64,000 bases of DNA, taken from a virus. The notes below the pieces were generated by a model, which had not been told where the DNA came from, searched no databases, and saw only the letters and a program-made list of their open reading frames with translations. The position numbers and the translations under genes are program-made. Where the stretch lies: positions 28,439 through 92,438 of IMG/VR virus record IMGVR_UViG_3300048598_000530; one strand, given 5' to 3'. Each line of letters begins with the position of its first letter. Positions within the stretch are counted from its first letter, which is position 1. Shown one piece after another: positions 1-10,622 of the stretch.

Positions 1-3000
1 AGTTTGATACGCTGCAGTAGCTACAAAAATACCTTCACCATAACTAATACTTGTTATAGGTTGTGTAAAAGGCACAGTTTGTACAGACCAGTTTACACCA
101 TCAGAAGATGTAAGTAGAGAAGGATCAGAACCTATTTGAACACCACCTGCCATCACAAATTTTCCATTACCATAACATACGCCAAATATTGAAAGACTTG
201 GCACTGGAGGTGCAACAGTTGTCCATGAAGTTCCTGAAGATGATAAAAACACACGACCATCTACACAAACAATTACAAAAGTGTTATTCCCGAAACAAGA
301 AGTCGAAGGTGAGTTATCAACAGGTGGAATTAAAGATGTCCAACTGACACCATCATGAGATGTCATAAATCTGTTTCCAGGTGTATCATATGCTGCTGCT
401 ACAAAAATACCATTACCGTAAGATACAGTAACCCAACCTAATGTGTTATCCGATGCAGCTCTACGTGTCCAGTTAATACCATCAGATGATGTTAAAACTC
501 TATCATTAACACCATTTGTACTTACAGCAACAAATAATCCGTTACCATAACAAATTCCACCCCAAAAATCATCTCCAGTAATATTACGTGAAGTCCAATT
601 AACACCATCAGGTGATGTTAATAAAACATTACCTGAAGATGCTAAAGCAACAAACATGCCATTCCCATAACAACATCTCACTAAACTTAAAAGTTGATTT
701 GGAGTTCTTGTTGTCCAAGTTGTGCCTATAGTTGTATCAGCAGAAATACCAAAATATGAAGCAGGAACAGATTTTAAAATGTTAGAACCTTCTTCTTTTA
801 CAATAACACTCCCAGGAGAAGAAGACTCTTGCGTATTTAAGTCTACAGAATCAGTAAAGTAATGTAAACCATTATATTGATTAATAGATGAATTTGATTT
901 ATCTATAGAAAAGCCACTTGACATAACTCTATTGCCAGTACCACTATTTGCTACAGCTATAAAAGAACCATTACCATAACATATTGACGACCAATCATTT
1001 GTTGCTGAAGTCTTTATTGACCAAACAATACCATCAGACGATGTCATGACGCGGTCATTTGTTCCTGTATTAGATATAGCAATAAAAAGACCATTACCAT
1101 AACATACAGATTTCCAGTTATTATTTAATGCTGAAGTTCTACTTGTCCAAGTAATACCATCAGGAGAAGTCATTACACGGTTATTCGTTCCTGTATCAGC
1201 AACAGCAACAAACAAGCCATTTCCATAGCACACTGAAGTCCAATTATTGTCTATTGCTGAAGTCCTGATAGTCCAAGTAAAACCATCAGGTGATGTCATC
1301 ACTCTATTACCAGTTCCACTATTAGATACAGCAACAAATAAACCATCACCATAGCATATCGAAGTCCAACTATTATTTGCTGCTGAAACTCTAGCTGACC
1401 AGTTATTACCATCAGGTGAAGTCATTACTCTATTGTTTGAACCATTCCCGCTAGCTACAGCTACAAATAATCCATTCCCATAACAAACAGAAGACCAGTT
1501 ATTATTATTAGTAGCATTTTTTACATACCAAGTCACACCGTCACTTGAAGTTATTACTCTATTTGTTGCACCTGTATTAGCTAAAGCAACATATAACCCA
1601 TCACCATAACAAACAGCGATGTAATTGTTATCAAGAATGTTGTTTCTTGTATACCATGTACAACCATCATGAGAAGTCATTATTCTATTAAGACTTCCTG
1701 ATGTAGCTACAGCAACAAAAAGATCTTTACCATAGCATACTGAAGACCAGTTGTTATCTGCAGCACTAGTTTTACTTTCCCAATTAATTCCTGATATTAT
1801 ATCTACACCTGCAACTTCAAGATTCCCAAACATTTTAACATCGTTATTAACAAACTTATGTGTATGTTTTTCTTGTTCATATGCTTCTTCTAAATCACCG
1901 GATGTCATGACAGGAGAATAAGCACCACTACTTGCTACAGCCACAAATAATCCATTACCATAACAAACAGAACGCCACGTGTTATATTCTCTCAAATATC
2001 TTATAGTCCAAGTAATACCATCAGGAGATGTCATCACACCATCACATTTACCTCCAGATGAAAGCTGTGCAACAGCTACAAACAATCCTTTACCATAACA
2101 AACGCAAGTCCAATAGTTATCTACGGGAGTATATCTTGAAGTCCAAGTGATACCATCAGGTGAAGTCATCACACTATTATTTGTCCCTGTAGCAGACACT
2201 GCTACGAACAATCCCTTTGCATAACAAACACTAAGCCATTGATTAGGAGATGCTGGTGTTCTACTTGTCCAAGTAATACCATCAGGAGACGTCATCACAC
2301 TTCCCTCTGCAGATACTGCTACAAATAAACCATTACCATAACAGAGTCCCCACCAGCTGTTATCAGCTGCAGAAGTTCTACTTGTCCAAGTAATACCGTC
2401 AGGTGAAGTCATCACACGATTATTTGTTCCTGTTTGTGCAACAGCTACAAACAAGCCATTACCATAACATACAGACACCCACCCATTGCTTGAAGCAGGA
2501 ACTCTACTTGTCCAAGTAATACCATCAGGAGATGTCATCACAGAGCCTGGTGAGACAGCAACAAATAATCCATTACCATAACATACTGCTATCCATGCAG
2601 TATCAATAGCAGGTGTTCTGCTTGTCCAGTTTATACCATCAGGTGAAGTCATTACTTGATTATTCGACCCACTAACTGAAACAGATACAAACAAACCATT
2701 ACCATAACAGACACCAAACCAAGCATTGTTTGATGCTGCAGATCTTTTTGTCCAAGTTACTCCAGCATTGGTTGAAACACCTGATACATATAAATCATTT
2801 GTTATTGTTACTTCATTATTAATAAATCTGTGTGAATGTTGCTCTTGTTCATACATTTCTATTATTCTACCTGATGTCATTATTCTGCCCATATACTCGA
2901 CTGCAACAAAGACACCGTTCCCGTAACATACTGATGTCCAGTAACCTTGTAAAAGTTGTGTTTTTAATGTCCAAGTAACACCATCATTTGAAATCATCAC

Positions 3001-4236
3001 AACATAATCTTCATCAGTAAATGCTACGACAACAAACATCCCATTACCATAACACACAGTTTGCCAACCTGCAATAAAAGATGATGTAAGTGGAGTTATA
3101 GCTGTCCATGTAATACCATCAGAAGAATACATAAATGAATTACTATAAGTATTGTTTGCTACAGCAACAAAAACACCATTTCCATAACACACAGAAGACC
3201 AAGCATTATTATTAGGACTTGTTCTAATTGTCCAAGTGACACCATCAGGAGATGTCATTATTCTATTATTTGTCCCTGACCTTGCAACTGCAACAAACAA
3301 GCCATTTCCATAACACACACATTGCCAATCATTGTCAGCTGCACTAGCTCTAATTGTCCAGTTGATACCATCAGGAGATGTCATCACACGATTTCCAGTT
3401 CCACTCCATGCAACAGCAACAAATAATCCATTACCATAACAAATTCCAAGCCAATTATTATTTGCTGGTGCTATTCTAGTGGTCCAATTGATACCATCAG
3501 GTGATGTCATTATTCTATCGCCAGTTCCACTCCATGCAACAGCAACAAATAGACCATTACCAAAACACACACAAGTCCAAGATTGATCTGATGGTGTAGA
3601 TCTATACGTCCAATTAACACCATCAGGGGATGTCATTACAGAAGTATTTGTTTCACTAGCAGATAATGCTACGAAAGTGCCATTCCCATAACAAACACTC
3701 ATCATCATCTCATTATAAGTGCTTGATGATATTGACCAAGATTCTCCAGCTGCAGGTTGAACAATACCTGATTTTCCTGTAGCTCCTATATATCGGTAAC
3801 CAGTTATTTTAAAAGGTTTAGCAAAAGCAGATGTAGAACCGTTAAAAGTTAATATACCAGTTTGATAATCAAAAATCCAAGATGATGCGTCTGTAGGGAA
3901 TATCTCTGTGTTATTATTTTGAAAAAGTCTTATTTTATATGCTGTACCATATTTATCGCTTATCCAGTTTTTAAGACGAACACCACCGCTATAAGCATAA
4001 TAACATTGTTGATTTGCAACAGAAGTGTCTTCAGTTAAAGTAAAAAGCGTATAATCTTGAGCTACATTCATTTTTGTAGCTTCAAAGGGAGTAGGGTCAA
4101 TATTATCTGTCCACACTTCATTAATATTAATGTTTACAGTATTATCACCAATCTCTTCATAAAACCCTTTAGTGCTACTTGTTGTTCTTTTATTAATCAA
4201 CGTCTTAAAAGATCGATCTTCTTTTGACCAAGCCAC
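1..4236 (-). CDS. Large virion fibre/receptor-binding-like protein with tandem beta-propeller modules (partial, runs off the left edge)
   Basis: Absent from the ORF track because no stop lies in the window. GTG start at 4236 after AAGGAG. Frame checked at both ends and at internal points (MAWSKEDRSFKTLINK...WTSVCYGNGVFVAV...PITSISYGEGIFVATAAYQT). Product inferred from the repeats and the structural-gene context. Confidence 0.75.
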   Translation of the reverse strand, partial: MAWSKEDRSFKTLINKRTTSSTKGFYEEIGDNTVNININEVWTDNIDPTPFEATKMNVAQDYTLFTLTEDTSVANQQCYYAYSGGVRLKNWISDKYGTAYKIRLFQNNNTEIFPTDASSWIFDYQTGILTFNGSTSAFAKPFKITGYRYIGATGKSGIVQPAAGESWSISSSTYNEMMMSVCYGNGTFVALSASETNTSVMTSPDGVNWTYRSTPSDQSWTCVCFGNGLFVAVAWSGTGDRIMTSPDGINWTTRIAPANNNWLGICYGNGLFVAVAWSGTGNRVMTSPDGINWTIRASAADNDWQCVCYGNGLFVAVARSGTNNRIMTSPDGVTWTIRTSPNNNAWSSVCYGNGVFVAVANNTYSNSFMYSSDGITWTAITPLTSSFIAGWQTVCYGNGMFVVVAFTDEDYVVMISNDGVTWTLKTQLLQGYWTSVCYGNGVFVAVEYMGRIMTSGRIIEMYEQEQHSHRFINNEVTITNDLYVSGVSTNAGVTWTKRSAASNNAWFGVCYGNGLFVSVSVSGSNNQVMTSPDGINWTSRTPAIDTAWIAVCYGNGLFVAVSPGSVMTSPDGITWTSRVPASSNGWVSVCYGNGLFVAVAQTGTNNRVMTSPDGITWTSRTSAADNSWWGLCYGNGLFVAVSAEGSVMTSPDGITWTSRTPASPNQWLSVCYAKGLFVAVSATGTNNSVMTSPDGITWTSRYTPVDNYWTCVCYGKGLFVAVAQLSSGGKCDGVMTSPDGITWTIRYLREYNTWRSVCYGNGLFVAVASSGAYSPVMTSGDLEEAYEQEKHTHKFVNNDVKMFGNLEVAGVDIISGINWESKTSAADNNWSSVCYGKDLFVAVATSGSLNRIMTSHDGCTWYTRNNILDNNYIAVCYGDGLYVALANTGATNRVITSSDGVTWYVKNATNNNNWSSVCYGNGLFVAVASGNGSNNRVMTSPDGNNWSARVSAANNSWTSICYGDGLFVAVSNSGTGNRVMTSPDGFTWTIRTSAIDNNWTSVCYGNGLFVAVADTGTNNRVMTSPDGITWTSRTSALNNNWKSVCYGNGLFIAISNTGTNDRVMTSSDGIVWSIKTSATNDWSSICYGNGSFIAVANSGTGNRVMSSGFSIDKSNSSINQYNGLHYFTDSVDLNTQESSSPGSVIVKEEGSNILKSVPASYFGISADTTIGTTWTTRTPNQLLSLVRCCYGNGMFVALASSGNVLLTSPDGVNWTSRNITGDDFWGGICYGNGLFVAVSTNGVNDRVLTSSDGINWTRRAASDNTLGWVTVSYGNGIFVAAAYDTPGNRFMTSHDGVSWTSLIPPVDNSPSTSCFGNNTFVIVCVDGRVFLSSSGTSWTTVAPPVPSLSIFGVCYGNGKFVMAGGVQIGSDPSLLTSSDGVNWSVQTVPFTQPITSISYGEGIFVATAAYQT
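30..3760 (-). repeat. 27 copies of a ~42-aa coding repeat (W-x-SRT...W-x-x-VCYGNGLFVAV...RVMTSPDGxxW) in blocks of 7+7+7+6
   Basis: Counted CYG/CFG/CYA cores (ccataaca-like on +) at ~3688-2921 (7), 2702-1958 (7), 1730-973 (7) and 665-38 (6), separated by non-repeat linkers. Confidence 0.85.
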
Positions 4237-4254
4237 TTTATATCTCCTTAAAAA

Positions 4255-6099
4255 TTATGTTCCAGACACTTGCATTCTTGAAGCTTTACCCGTAGATGTA
4301 TTTCTCAATGTAACTCTCATAAAAACAACGCCACTAGAATTAGTAGATGTCATAGTTCCAAAAGACATATTCAAAGTGCTTCCAGAAGATGAACCTAATC
4401 TACATCCATTACCATCACCAAAAGCTCTACCTGCATCTAACCAATTACTTTCGCCTGGCAATCTTACTTCAAAATTAAGACTACCAGAACCAACTGCTGA
4501 TATTGCTGTATAAAGTATACCAGTAAAAACGATACTCATACTTGAGTGTGCTACTCCAATGTTAGCAGCCCAAACACCTACTTGATTACCACTGAAAGTA
4601 CTGTAATTGTTTCCTGATTGAGCAGGCAAATATCCTGAAGTAAAGTTAATATTTGGATAATCCCATACTGAATTATAAAGCATAAGATTTCCGTTCGAAA
4701 GCGCCAATGAACTGTTCCAATTACCTGTAGGATTACTATAATTCACTGGAATAACTGAAAAGTCTGTAGAAAGCAACCATCTGTAATTTTCATCAAACAT
4801 ATAGATATTTCCATTAGTACTATATGTAGACGAATAAGTGTTAATCAATCTATTTTCTGTACTTGATGTCGATGTTGCAGTTTTTGTCGATGGTTTTCTA
4901 GCAGTCACACTAAGTGTTGCATTTATACTATAAACATTACTTACTGATATTGCAACACCAGATACGCTCAAATTAAAAGCTGCATTATATGCAAATGAAC
5001 TACCATCTATAGGTACATCTACAGAAGATATTCCTGACATAACATAAGAAACTGGATTTGTAGGTCTTATAGCTTTATTAGCTAAATTTGTTATAGTACA
5101 TGAAACGTTAAAAGTATCACCATTTGAATAATATCTTATTCCTGATAAATATCTTGTACTTGATAAAGTGTTTTGAACTACAGTAGCACCTGTAGAAAAA
5201 ACTGGTGTAGGATCTTGGTCGTCATACCATACTTTTGTTATTGATGTTACTTGATTGACGCTCGTTGAAAGATATCTCATTGTATGATATTTGTAACCTT
5301 CTGTTACTTGATTGTAATTTATTCGAGCATTTGCTTTTCGCCAAATTGTATTGTAAGTAGCAACAGATAAAATTTCAATTGTATTTGTGACTCCAACACC
5401 AAGCGTAACATCTCTACTTGATAATAACACGCCATCTTCAAAATGTTGTACCGCTCCTTCATCACCACTAAATGTAGAACCAACTTTAAAGTCAGTAGAC
5501 GTGTTAGGACTAGATAAATTATATGTTCCATCAATAACATAGTCAGTTATAGAATCACCTGCAACTTTTCCATCTTGATACCATGAAGATGCTAATCCTG
5601 TAGGTAATATTGCATTGAATTTTGTTGTGTTAGATAATACAAGTGAGCCAGATAAAGCATTAGGTGGTGCAGGAGATATAGCTAACAACAATTTGTTTGT
5701 ATCATCAAGAGCATTTGCTGTTATTGTTTCTGATTCCCATGCAAAGATACCACCTGTATAACCTACACCTAAAGGCAAATCATTAGCAGAACTTACACCA
5801 GCAGCTCCTGTTACACCTTGTATTCCTGTATATCCAAAACCAGCTTGGCCTGTTATGCCTTGCAATCCTGTTGTACCCTGTAGCCCAGTTTCGCCTTGGA
5901 TACCTGTACTACCTTGATTACCTATAAAGCCCTGCAACCCAGTGGCTCCTGAGGCACCCGTCTGTCCCGAGAGACCTGTTATGCCTTGAAGACCGTTTAA
6001 ACCTGTAGCTCCTTGAATGCCTTCTAAGCCTGTTATACCCTGTAGACCAGTTGCACCATTACCAGAGCCACCAAAATTTGTTCTTAAAAAACGTGACAT
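4255..6099 (-). CDS. Collagen-like (Gly-X-Y) virion structural protein
   Basis: N-terminal GLQGITGLEGIQGATG... triplet repeat followed by a Ser/Thr-rich beta-type region. Confidence 0.7.
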   Translation of the reverse strand: MSRFLRTNFGGSGNGATGLQGITGLEGIQGATGLNGLQGITGLSGQTGASGATGLQGFIGNQGSTGIQGETGLQGTTGLQGITGQAGFGYTGIQGVTGAAGVSSANDLPLGVGYTGGIFAWESETITANALDDTNKLLLAISPAPPNALSGSLVLSNTTKFNAILPTGLASSWYQDGKVAGDSITDYVIDGTYNLSSPNTSTDFKVGSTFSGDEGAVQHFEDGVLLSSRDVTLGVGVTNTIEILSVATYNTIWRKANARINYNQVTEGYKYHTMRYLSTSVNQVTSITKVWYDDQDPTPVFSTGATVVQNTLSSTRYLSGIRYYSNGDTFNVSCTITNLANKAIRPTNPVSYVMSGISSVDVPIDGSSFAYNAAFNLSVSGVAISVSNVYSINATLSVTARKPSTKTATSTSSTENRLINTYSSTYSTNGNIYMFDENYRWLLSTDFSVIPVNYSNPTGNWNSSLALSNGNLMLYNSVWDYPNINFTSGYLPAQSGNNYSTFSGNQVGVWAANIGVAHSSMSIVFTGILYTAISAVGSGSLNFEVRLPGESNWLDAGRAFGDGNGCRLGSSSGSTLNMSFGTMTSTNSSGVVFMRVTLRNTSTGKASRMQVSGT

Positions 6100-6428
6100 T
6101 ATTCAGCCTCAAGGTTAAAATGGCCAATAATTCTTACATCAGTTGAAGTCTCACTACTTATAAGAGAGATGCCTATATCTTGTTTTATTTTTCTATCAGC
6201 AGCATAGTATTGTTTAGGATATATCGGGATTCCAGTAGAAAGTGTTGCAGTACCACCTGATATATTTAAAAAAACTGTTGCTGTTTCTGAGTTATTTGCA
6301 ATTTCAATTCCCATAACATCTTGTGAAAATTTAATAGTACTACTAGACATATTTATTAAACTTGACATATCTTCTGAGTCTGTGGGTTCATCTTGTCTAA
6401 CAGGCATTGAACGATTGAATTCTGACAT
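6099..6428 (-). CDS. Hypothetical protein (structural cluster)
   Basis: 109-aa ORF, AGGAG RBS, abuts its neighbour. Confidence 0.6.
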   Translation of the reverse strand: MSEFNRSMPVRQDEPTDSEDMSSLINMSSSTIKFSQDVMGIEIANNSETATVFLNISGGTATLSTGIPIYPKQYYAADRKIKQDIGISLISSETSTDVRIIGHFNLEAE

Positions 6429-6437
6429 ATCTTCTCC

Positions 6438-7079
6438 TTAAACTCTAGTACCTTTGTCTTCAAAATGTTTTTTCATCATGTACATAATAGCAAGAATTGC
6501 TGCATCATTTTTATTTTTTAAAGAATTCCAGATTCTATCAACAGTTATTCCCGGTACCATTATATCTGACATTTGTTTTGAGTCTTTTATTTGTTCAGAC
6601 AAAAGTTCGATTAATGCTTCTAAACGAACACTAACATTTTCAATCGATTGATTTGTTTCTTTATTTTTCTTGTTTAAGATTGCAATACTACTTCTAAAAG
6701 TATTCTGTGTTTCAACATCTTGCAACTCTTTTTTCTCATTTTCTGTTTCAAAATCTTTATGAAAGTCAACAATTTGATTCACGATTTTTTGAAGATCTTG
6801 CTTTTCTTTTTTTAATATTTCGACTTTTTCAACTAGTGATTCAATTATTTTTTGATTTTGCTTTTGTGCTATTTCAAGTCCATCGCAAGAAGTTTTTATT
6901 TTTGATATCACATCACCAGAAAGATAAGCTTCAGAAATTAGTTTTTTATCGACACCAAGTTTTTCCAAAGTCAACAAATCATTCGAAAATATTATGCCTT
7001 GAACTTGATCATAACAAAAGTTCAAAGAACGTTTAAAATAATTAACTTTAAACTTTGTTCCAACGTTACACGAAAACAT
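6438..7079 (-). CDS. Hypothetical coiled-coil protein
   Basis: 213-aa ORF with RBS and heptad-like K/E/Q/L stretches. Confidence 0.6.
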   Translation of the reverse strand: MFSCNVGTKFKVNYFKRSLNFCYDQVQGIIFSNDLLTLEKLGVDKKLISEAYLSGDVISKIKTSCDGLEIAQKQNQKIIESLVEKVEILKKEKQDLQKIVNQIVDFHKDFETENEKKELQDVETQNTFRSSIAILNKKNKETNQSIENVSVRLEALIELLSEQIKDSKQMSDIMVPGITVDRIWNSLKNKNDAAILAIMYMMKKHFEDKGTRV

Positions 7080-7101
7080 TTTTAATCTCCTTTAATTAAT
7101 C

Positions 7102-7989
7102 TTAATATGTAAAACCAAACATACTTGTTTCATATGATTGGTTTACTTTTTCATTATGTTTTACTGTAACTGTTACAGTAGATGCTGCTGAACATTGAAT
7201 TGATTTATCACTAAAATCAAAAACAACATTTCTATTATTCCAACTATTTCTTAAAGCACTTATTGTCGTACCATTTATTTTCAATTTAAACAATGCATCA
7301 GCTGTTCCTGTACATAAAATTTTCTCAATAAAAAATGAACCTGCGTTCGTATAAGTGTAAACAATAGTTTCTGTAGTTGGAACGTTAGAAGCTTCTTCAT
7401 AACTTCTAAAACGACTAATCGATGTTGGATCTTGTTTTACAACAAGTCTTCTGTCGTTATCAACAAGCAAATATTGTAATGTAGTGTTGTCAGCTAAAGC
7501 AGCTATTTTTACATTCTCAAGTGTTATGTCACCGATTTCAACATTTGCATCAACAGAAAGTTTACCATCAGGAGTTAAAAGAAATTTTTCCCAACGTTGA
7601 TTTTGTTCAACCCAACCATAATTGTGGGTGTTTGCTTCTTCAGCTTCACCTTCATGATGTGGATCAACAGTTGGTGGATAAACTGTAGCAAATGGAGAAA
7701 GGTTAATATTGCTTTCAACACTTGATGCATCTACAGCAGTGAGTTTGAAATAATATCTTGAATTAAGAGGAATTGGGACGTCAACATCTTTTACAAGAGC
7801 ACAAACTTTCCCCTTGTAAGTTTTATCTATAACATTTTGAATGCCTGATTTAAAAAGAGAATAAACACCTGCAGGAGTAGCTGAACTATAAAGATTATAT
7901 GTCTTTGCTTCAGACTTGCTTAGAGGTATCCAACCAAAAAATATGTCACCATTACGACGATACAACACTTGTAACTGTGGTACTGACAT
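7102..7989 (-). CDS. Putative virion protein with an N-terminal FN3/Ig-like domain
   Basis: YNLYSS...YYFKLTAVD pattern is typical of FN3-like domains; N-terminus resembles 8111..8533. Confidence 0.5.
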   Translation of the reverse strand: MSVPQLQVLYRRNGDIFFGWIPLSKSEAKTYNLYSSATPAGVYSLFKSGIQNVIDKTYKGKVCALVKDVDVPIPLNSRYYFKLTAVDASSVESNINLSPFATVYPPTVDPHHEGEAEEANTHNYGWVEQNQRWEKFLLTPDGKLSVDANVEIGDITLENVKIAALADNTTLQYLLVDNDRRLVVKQDPTSISRFRSYEEASNVPTTETIVYTYTNAGSFFIEKILCTGTADALFKLKINGTTISALRNSWNNRNVVFDFSDKSIQCSAASTVTVTVKHNEKVNQSYETSMFGFTY

Positions 7990-8043
7990 TTAACTTCTCC
8001 TTCGGTAAACAAAAGCGTAAAGTTCGCTATCTTTGTTAGTCCG

Positions 8044-8097
8044 AAGTTCTGAAAAAAAGGGTCAGATCATGTCCAACCCTTTTTTGTCAAAGAACTT
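8044..8097. terminator. Intrinsic terminator-like hairpin
   Basis: AAAAAAAGGGT...ACCCTTTTTT stem with A/T tails on both sides, plus an outer AAGTTCT/AGAACTT pairing. Confidence 0.6.
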
Positions 8098-8110
8098 TTT
8101 TCAAACAAAT

Positions 8111-8533
8111 TTACGGGCTGGTTATGATATTACCTACATCATCAACAGCAATTGGAATAAATTTTTGTAACTCTTTACTAAATCCATACATAACTGAATA
8201 TTCTTTGGGCACAATCATTTCAGAGCGTGGCAGAATTACTAAAGGACCCTCTTGTGCACCTTCAATATCATTAACAACTGGAGCGAGTTTGACGTAATTT
8301 CTAGTTTCATTATTCCAATTTACTAAACCATCTGTTATAAATTCGAAAACAACTTTACCTCTAGAAGCAGGAGCTATAGAAGGATTGTTTAATGTCGAAC
8401 CTATAACAGTGTAACTTCCACCTTCAGTATTTGAATAATACAAGTTGAAAGAATCGACACCTGCACGGTAATCTATAAACAGACGTACAATCTGTTTTAA
8501 ACGATAAATTATTTGAACACCTTGAATTGCCAT
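8111..8533 (-). CDS. FN3/Ig-like virion protein, paralog of the N-terminus of 7102..7989
   Basis: Shared QxxYR...NLYxSxTxxGxY...GKV...YxKLxxV pattern. Confidence 0.5.
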   Translation of the reverse strand: MAIQGVQIIYRLKQIVRLFIDYRAGVDSFNLYYSNTEGGSYTVIGSTLNNPSIAPASRGKVVFEFITDGLVNWNNETRNYVKLAPVVNDIEGAQEGPLVILPRSEMIVPKEYSVMYGFSKELQKFIPIAVDDVGNIITSP

Positions 8534-9202
8534 TTATTTTTCCTGTGAAGTTGTTTCAACTTTCTTACGTCTTTTTGCTCTTTTTTCAATTTCTTGATTT
8601 ATCTCGACTTTAGCTTCTTGCTTCTTTTCATCGAAATTAGGAGTAGATAGTTGTGAATTATCAGCACCCAAATCTTTTGCAAGATCAGCTACAACATCTT
8701 TTTTTTCAGCAACTACAACTACAGTTTCTTTCTCTTTAACTTGTACTGGACTTTTTAAAATTTCATCAGAACCTTTAGTTGTAATATCAGCCTGTCTTTC
8801 CCTCATTCGTCTCTCAGCTTCATTAAAATTAGGAATTGAAGGCTTGTCTTCATCTTTCTGTTTTTGCATTGGAGACTTCCTAAAGTTTCTTGCAGTCTGT
8901 CTAGACTCTAAACTTTTATTCATCTCCTTTGCATCAACACATGCTTTACTTGGGAGAGCTTTTTTCATTGCAATAGAAACGATTTTTTTATCTTCACTAC
9001 ACGTTTGAGGTGTCGAAATATTTTGTGATGCTTCTTCCTCTGTCACTTCTAACATCCATTTTGCTTTTAAACCAGCTTTAATAGATCTAGAAGTATCGCA
9101 CACGTGAACATCGTAATAGAAATACTCGTCAGTTTGAATCTTTCTATTTTGATCAGTTAGTCTAAAGCCACCAAGTCTATTGCACTTGAAAAAACGATAC
9201 AT
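8534..9202 (-). CDS. Hypothetical charged protein
   Basis: 222-aa ORF with GGAG RBS. Confidence 0.55.
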   Translation of the reverse strand: MYRFFKCNRLGGFRLTDQNRKIQTDEYFYYDVHVCDTSRSIKAGLKAKWMLEVTEEEASQNISTPQTCSEDKKIVSIAMKKALPSKACVDAKEMNKSLESRQTARNFRKSPMQKQKDEDKPSIPNFNEAERRMRERQADITTKGSDEILKSPVQVKEKETVVVVAEKKDVVADLAKDLGADNSQLSTPNFDEKKQEAKVEINQEIEKRAKRRKKVETTSQEK

Positions 9203-9252
9203 TTTAATCTCCCTTTAATCTTAATTTAATTTTTTATGCTTTAAACAAGTAA

Positions 9253-9759
9253 TTAGCTCTTAGCAGCTCTACCAATTTCGTCTCTAGTATCATTAAAGCT
9301 ACCAGGACCAATTGAAATCCATTCGTCATCACCCATTGATGATGGTGCAAAAGCTGCAGGATCATCTTTGTTGGGATCATGTTCAATAGGATGTGATGCT
9401 TCTTTGCCATCAGGATCTAACCACTGTTCAGTTCCCATTTCCATAGCCATAGGATCTCCACTTGTATCGTCAGTGTCGTCATCAAGCATTTCATCGACGT
9501 TTTCCTGATATTCTTCTTCCATCTTTCCCAGAGCTTCAAGTTCTCTAGAAATTCTCATAAGCTTTTTTGCAATTCTTTTCTTTCTATTTGCAATTGTTGC
9601 AGCTCTTCCAACTGCGTCTCTCTGGTCACTTCCCCAGTTGTTTGCAGGTGCAACTTCTTCTTCATGAGCTAAACCTTCTTGTGGTCCATCATAACCAATT
9701 GCTTCGCGGCATGCGCCAATTTCATCAAGATACGAAGCTGTTTTTTTAGTGTTCATCAT
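9253..9759 (-). CDS. Acidic hypothetical protein (possible internal head protein)
   Basis: 168 aa, D/E-rich, KTAS motif near the N-terminus, AGGAGG RBS. Confidence 0.55.
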   Translation of the reverse strand: MMNTKKTASYLDEIGACREAIGYDGPQEGLAHEEEVAPANNWGSDQRDAVGRAATIANRKKRIAKKLMRISRELEALGKMEEEYQENVDEMLDDDTDDTSGDPMAMEMGTEQWLDPDGKEASHPIEHDPNKDDPAAFAPSSMGDDEWISIGPGSFNDTRDEIGRAAKS

Positions 9760-9806
9760 ATTCCTCCTTAAGGGATTTTAACTTGTAAAATGTATATATA
9801 AAAGAC

Positions 9807-10100
9807 TTATCCAAACCTGTGATAATGTCTTAACCCTCTTCTTCTTTTCAACTGCATTCTATGCAATGAACGATATCTTTTCATTCTTGTTCTTAAATGT
9901 TGACGATGAGTTTTATAGTAAAACTTCCTTCTTGTCTTTGTTGTTCCACGACTCTTTCTTGGTCTTTTTATTCTAATTCTGTAACGTGCAACAACATAAG
10001 AAGCAACTTTGTCAAGAATATCTGCTAAATCAGAACGACCATGTTTATCTTCCAACTGGTCTGCGTAATCATGCAGTTTTGCTATAATAGAAAACATCAA
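9807..10100 (-). CDS. Small very basic Arg/Lys/His-rich protein
   Basis: C-terminal half is RYRIRIKRPRKSRG...KRRRGLRHYHRFG. Confidence 0.6.
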   Translation of the reverse strand: MMFSIIAKLHDYADQLEDKHGRSDLADILDKVASYVVARYRIRIKRPRKSRGTTKTRRKFYYKTHRQHLRTRMKRYRSLHRMQLKRRRGLRHYHRFG

Positions 10101-10438
10101 TCGCCCTCCATAATTTTCAACTTTGAATAATAATCAGAAATCTCAGATAGATGATCAAGAGCAATTCTCTTTGCAACATCATCGTCAGGAGTATGCTCAT
10201 GTTCAACATCAATTCCCATTTTTAATTGTTCAGCATCAACATCTTCTTCTGTAACACCAAGTTCGTTAGCTCTACCATTAGTCAAAAAAGTAACAAACTT
10301 AGTAGCAAGTTTATAAATTTCAGTTTCAGCTTTATCAACATCATAACCCATAGACTCAGCCCACGCATGTAAATCAACATCTAATGGATTTGGATTTGTT
10401 TTCAAAAAAAATATTACATCTTCTCTTAACACTGTCAC
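10097..10438 (-). CDS. DUF5661-like protein
   Basis: MGIDVEHEHT...AKRIALDHLSEISDYYSKL matches the family signature as I recall it. Confidence 0.6.
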   Translation of the reverse strand: MTVLREDVIFFLKTNPNPLDVDLHAWAESMGYDVDKAETEIYKLATKFVTFLTNGRANELGVTEEDVDAEQLKMGIDVEHEHTPDDDVAKRIALDHLSEISDYYSKLKIMEGD

Positions 10439-10622
10439 CTCTTGCTAAAAGACTATTATTGTAGTACTAATAAAAACAGTAGAATATTTAGGTTTTTCTA
10501 CAATGACTAGAATTCAGTCTAGCATATCCAAAATGTTTGTCTATATAGTTTAAAATGGTAAAAAACTAAATAAAGTCGAGGGTATAAAAAGACACTCTTT
10601 AGAAGCTCAATTATGTAGCTGT

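Noticed and set aside
30-3760. Regular ~125-nt repeats as a CRISPR array
   Set aside because: The repeats are degenerate, keep one reading frame and encode a protein motif; there are no identical direct repeats with unique spacers.
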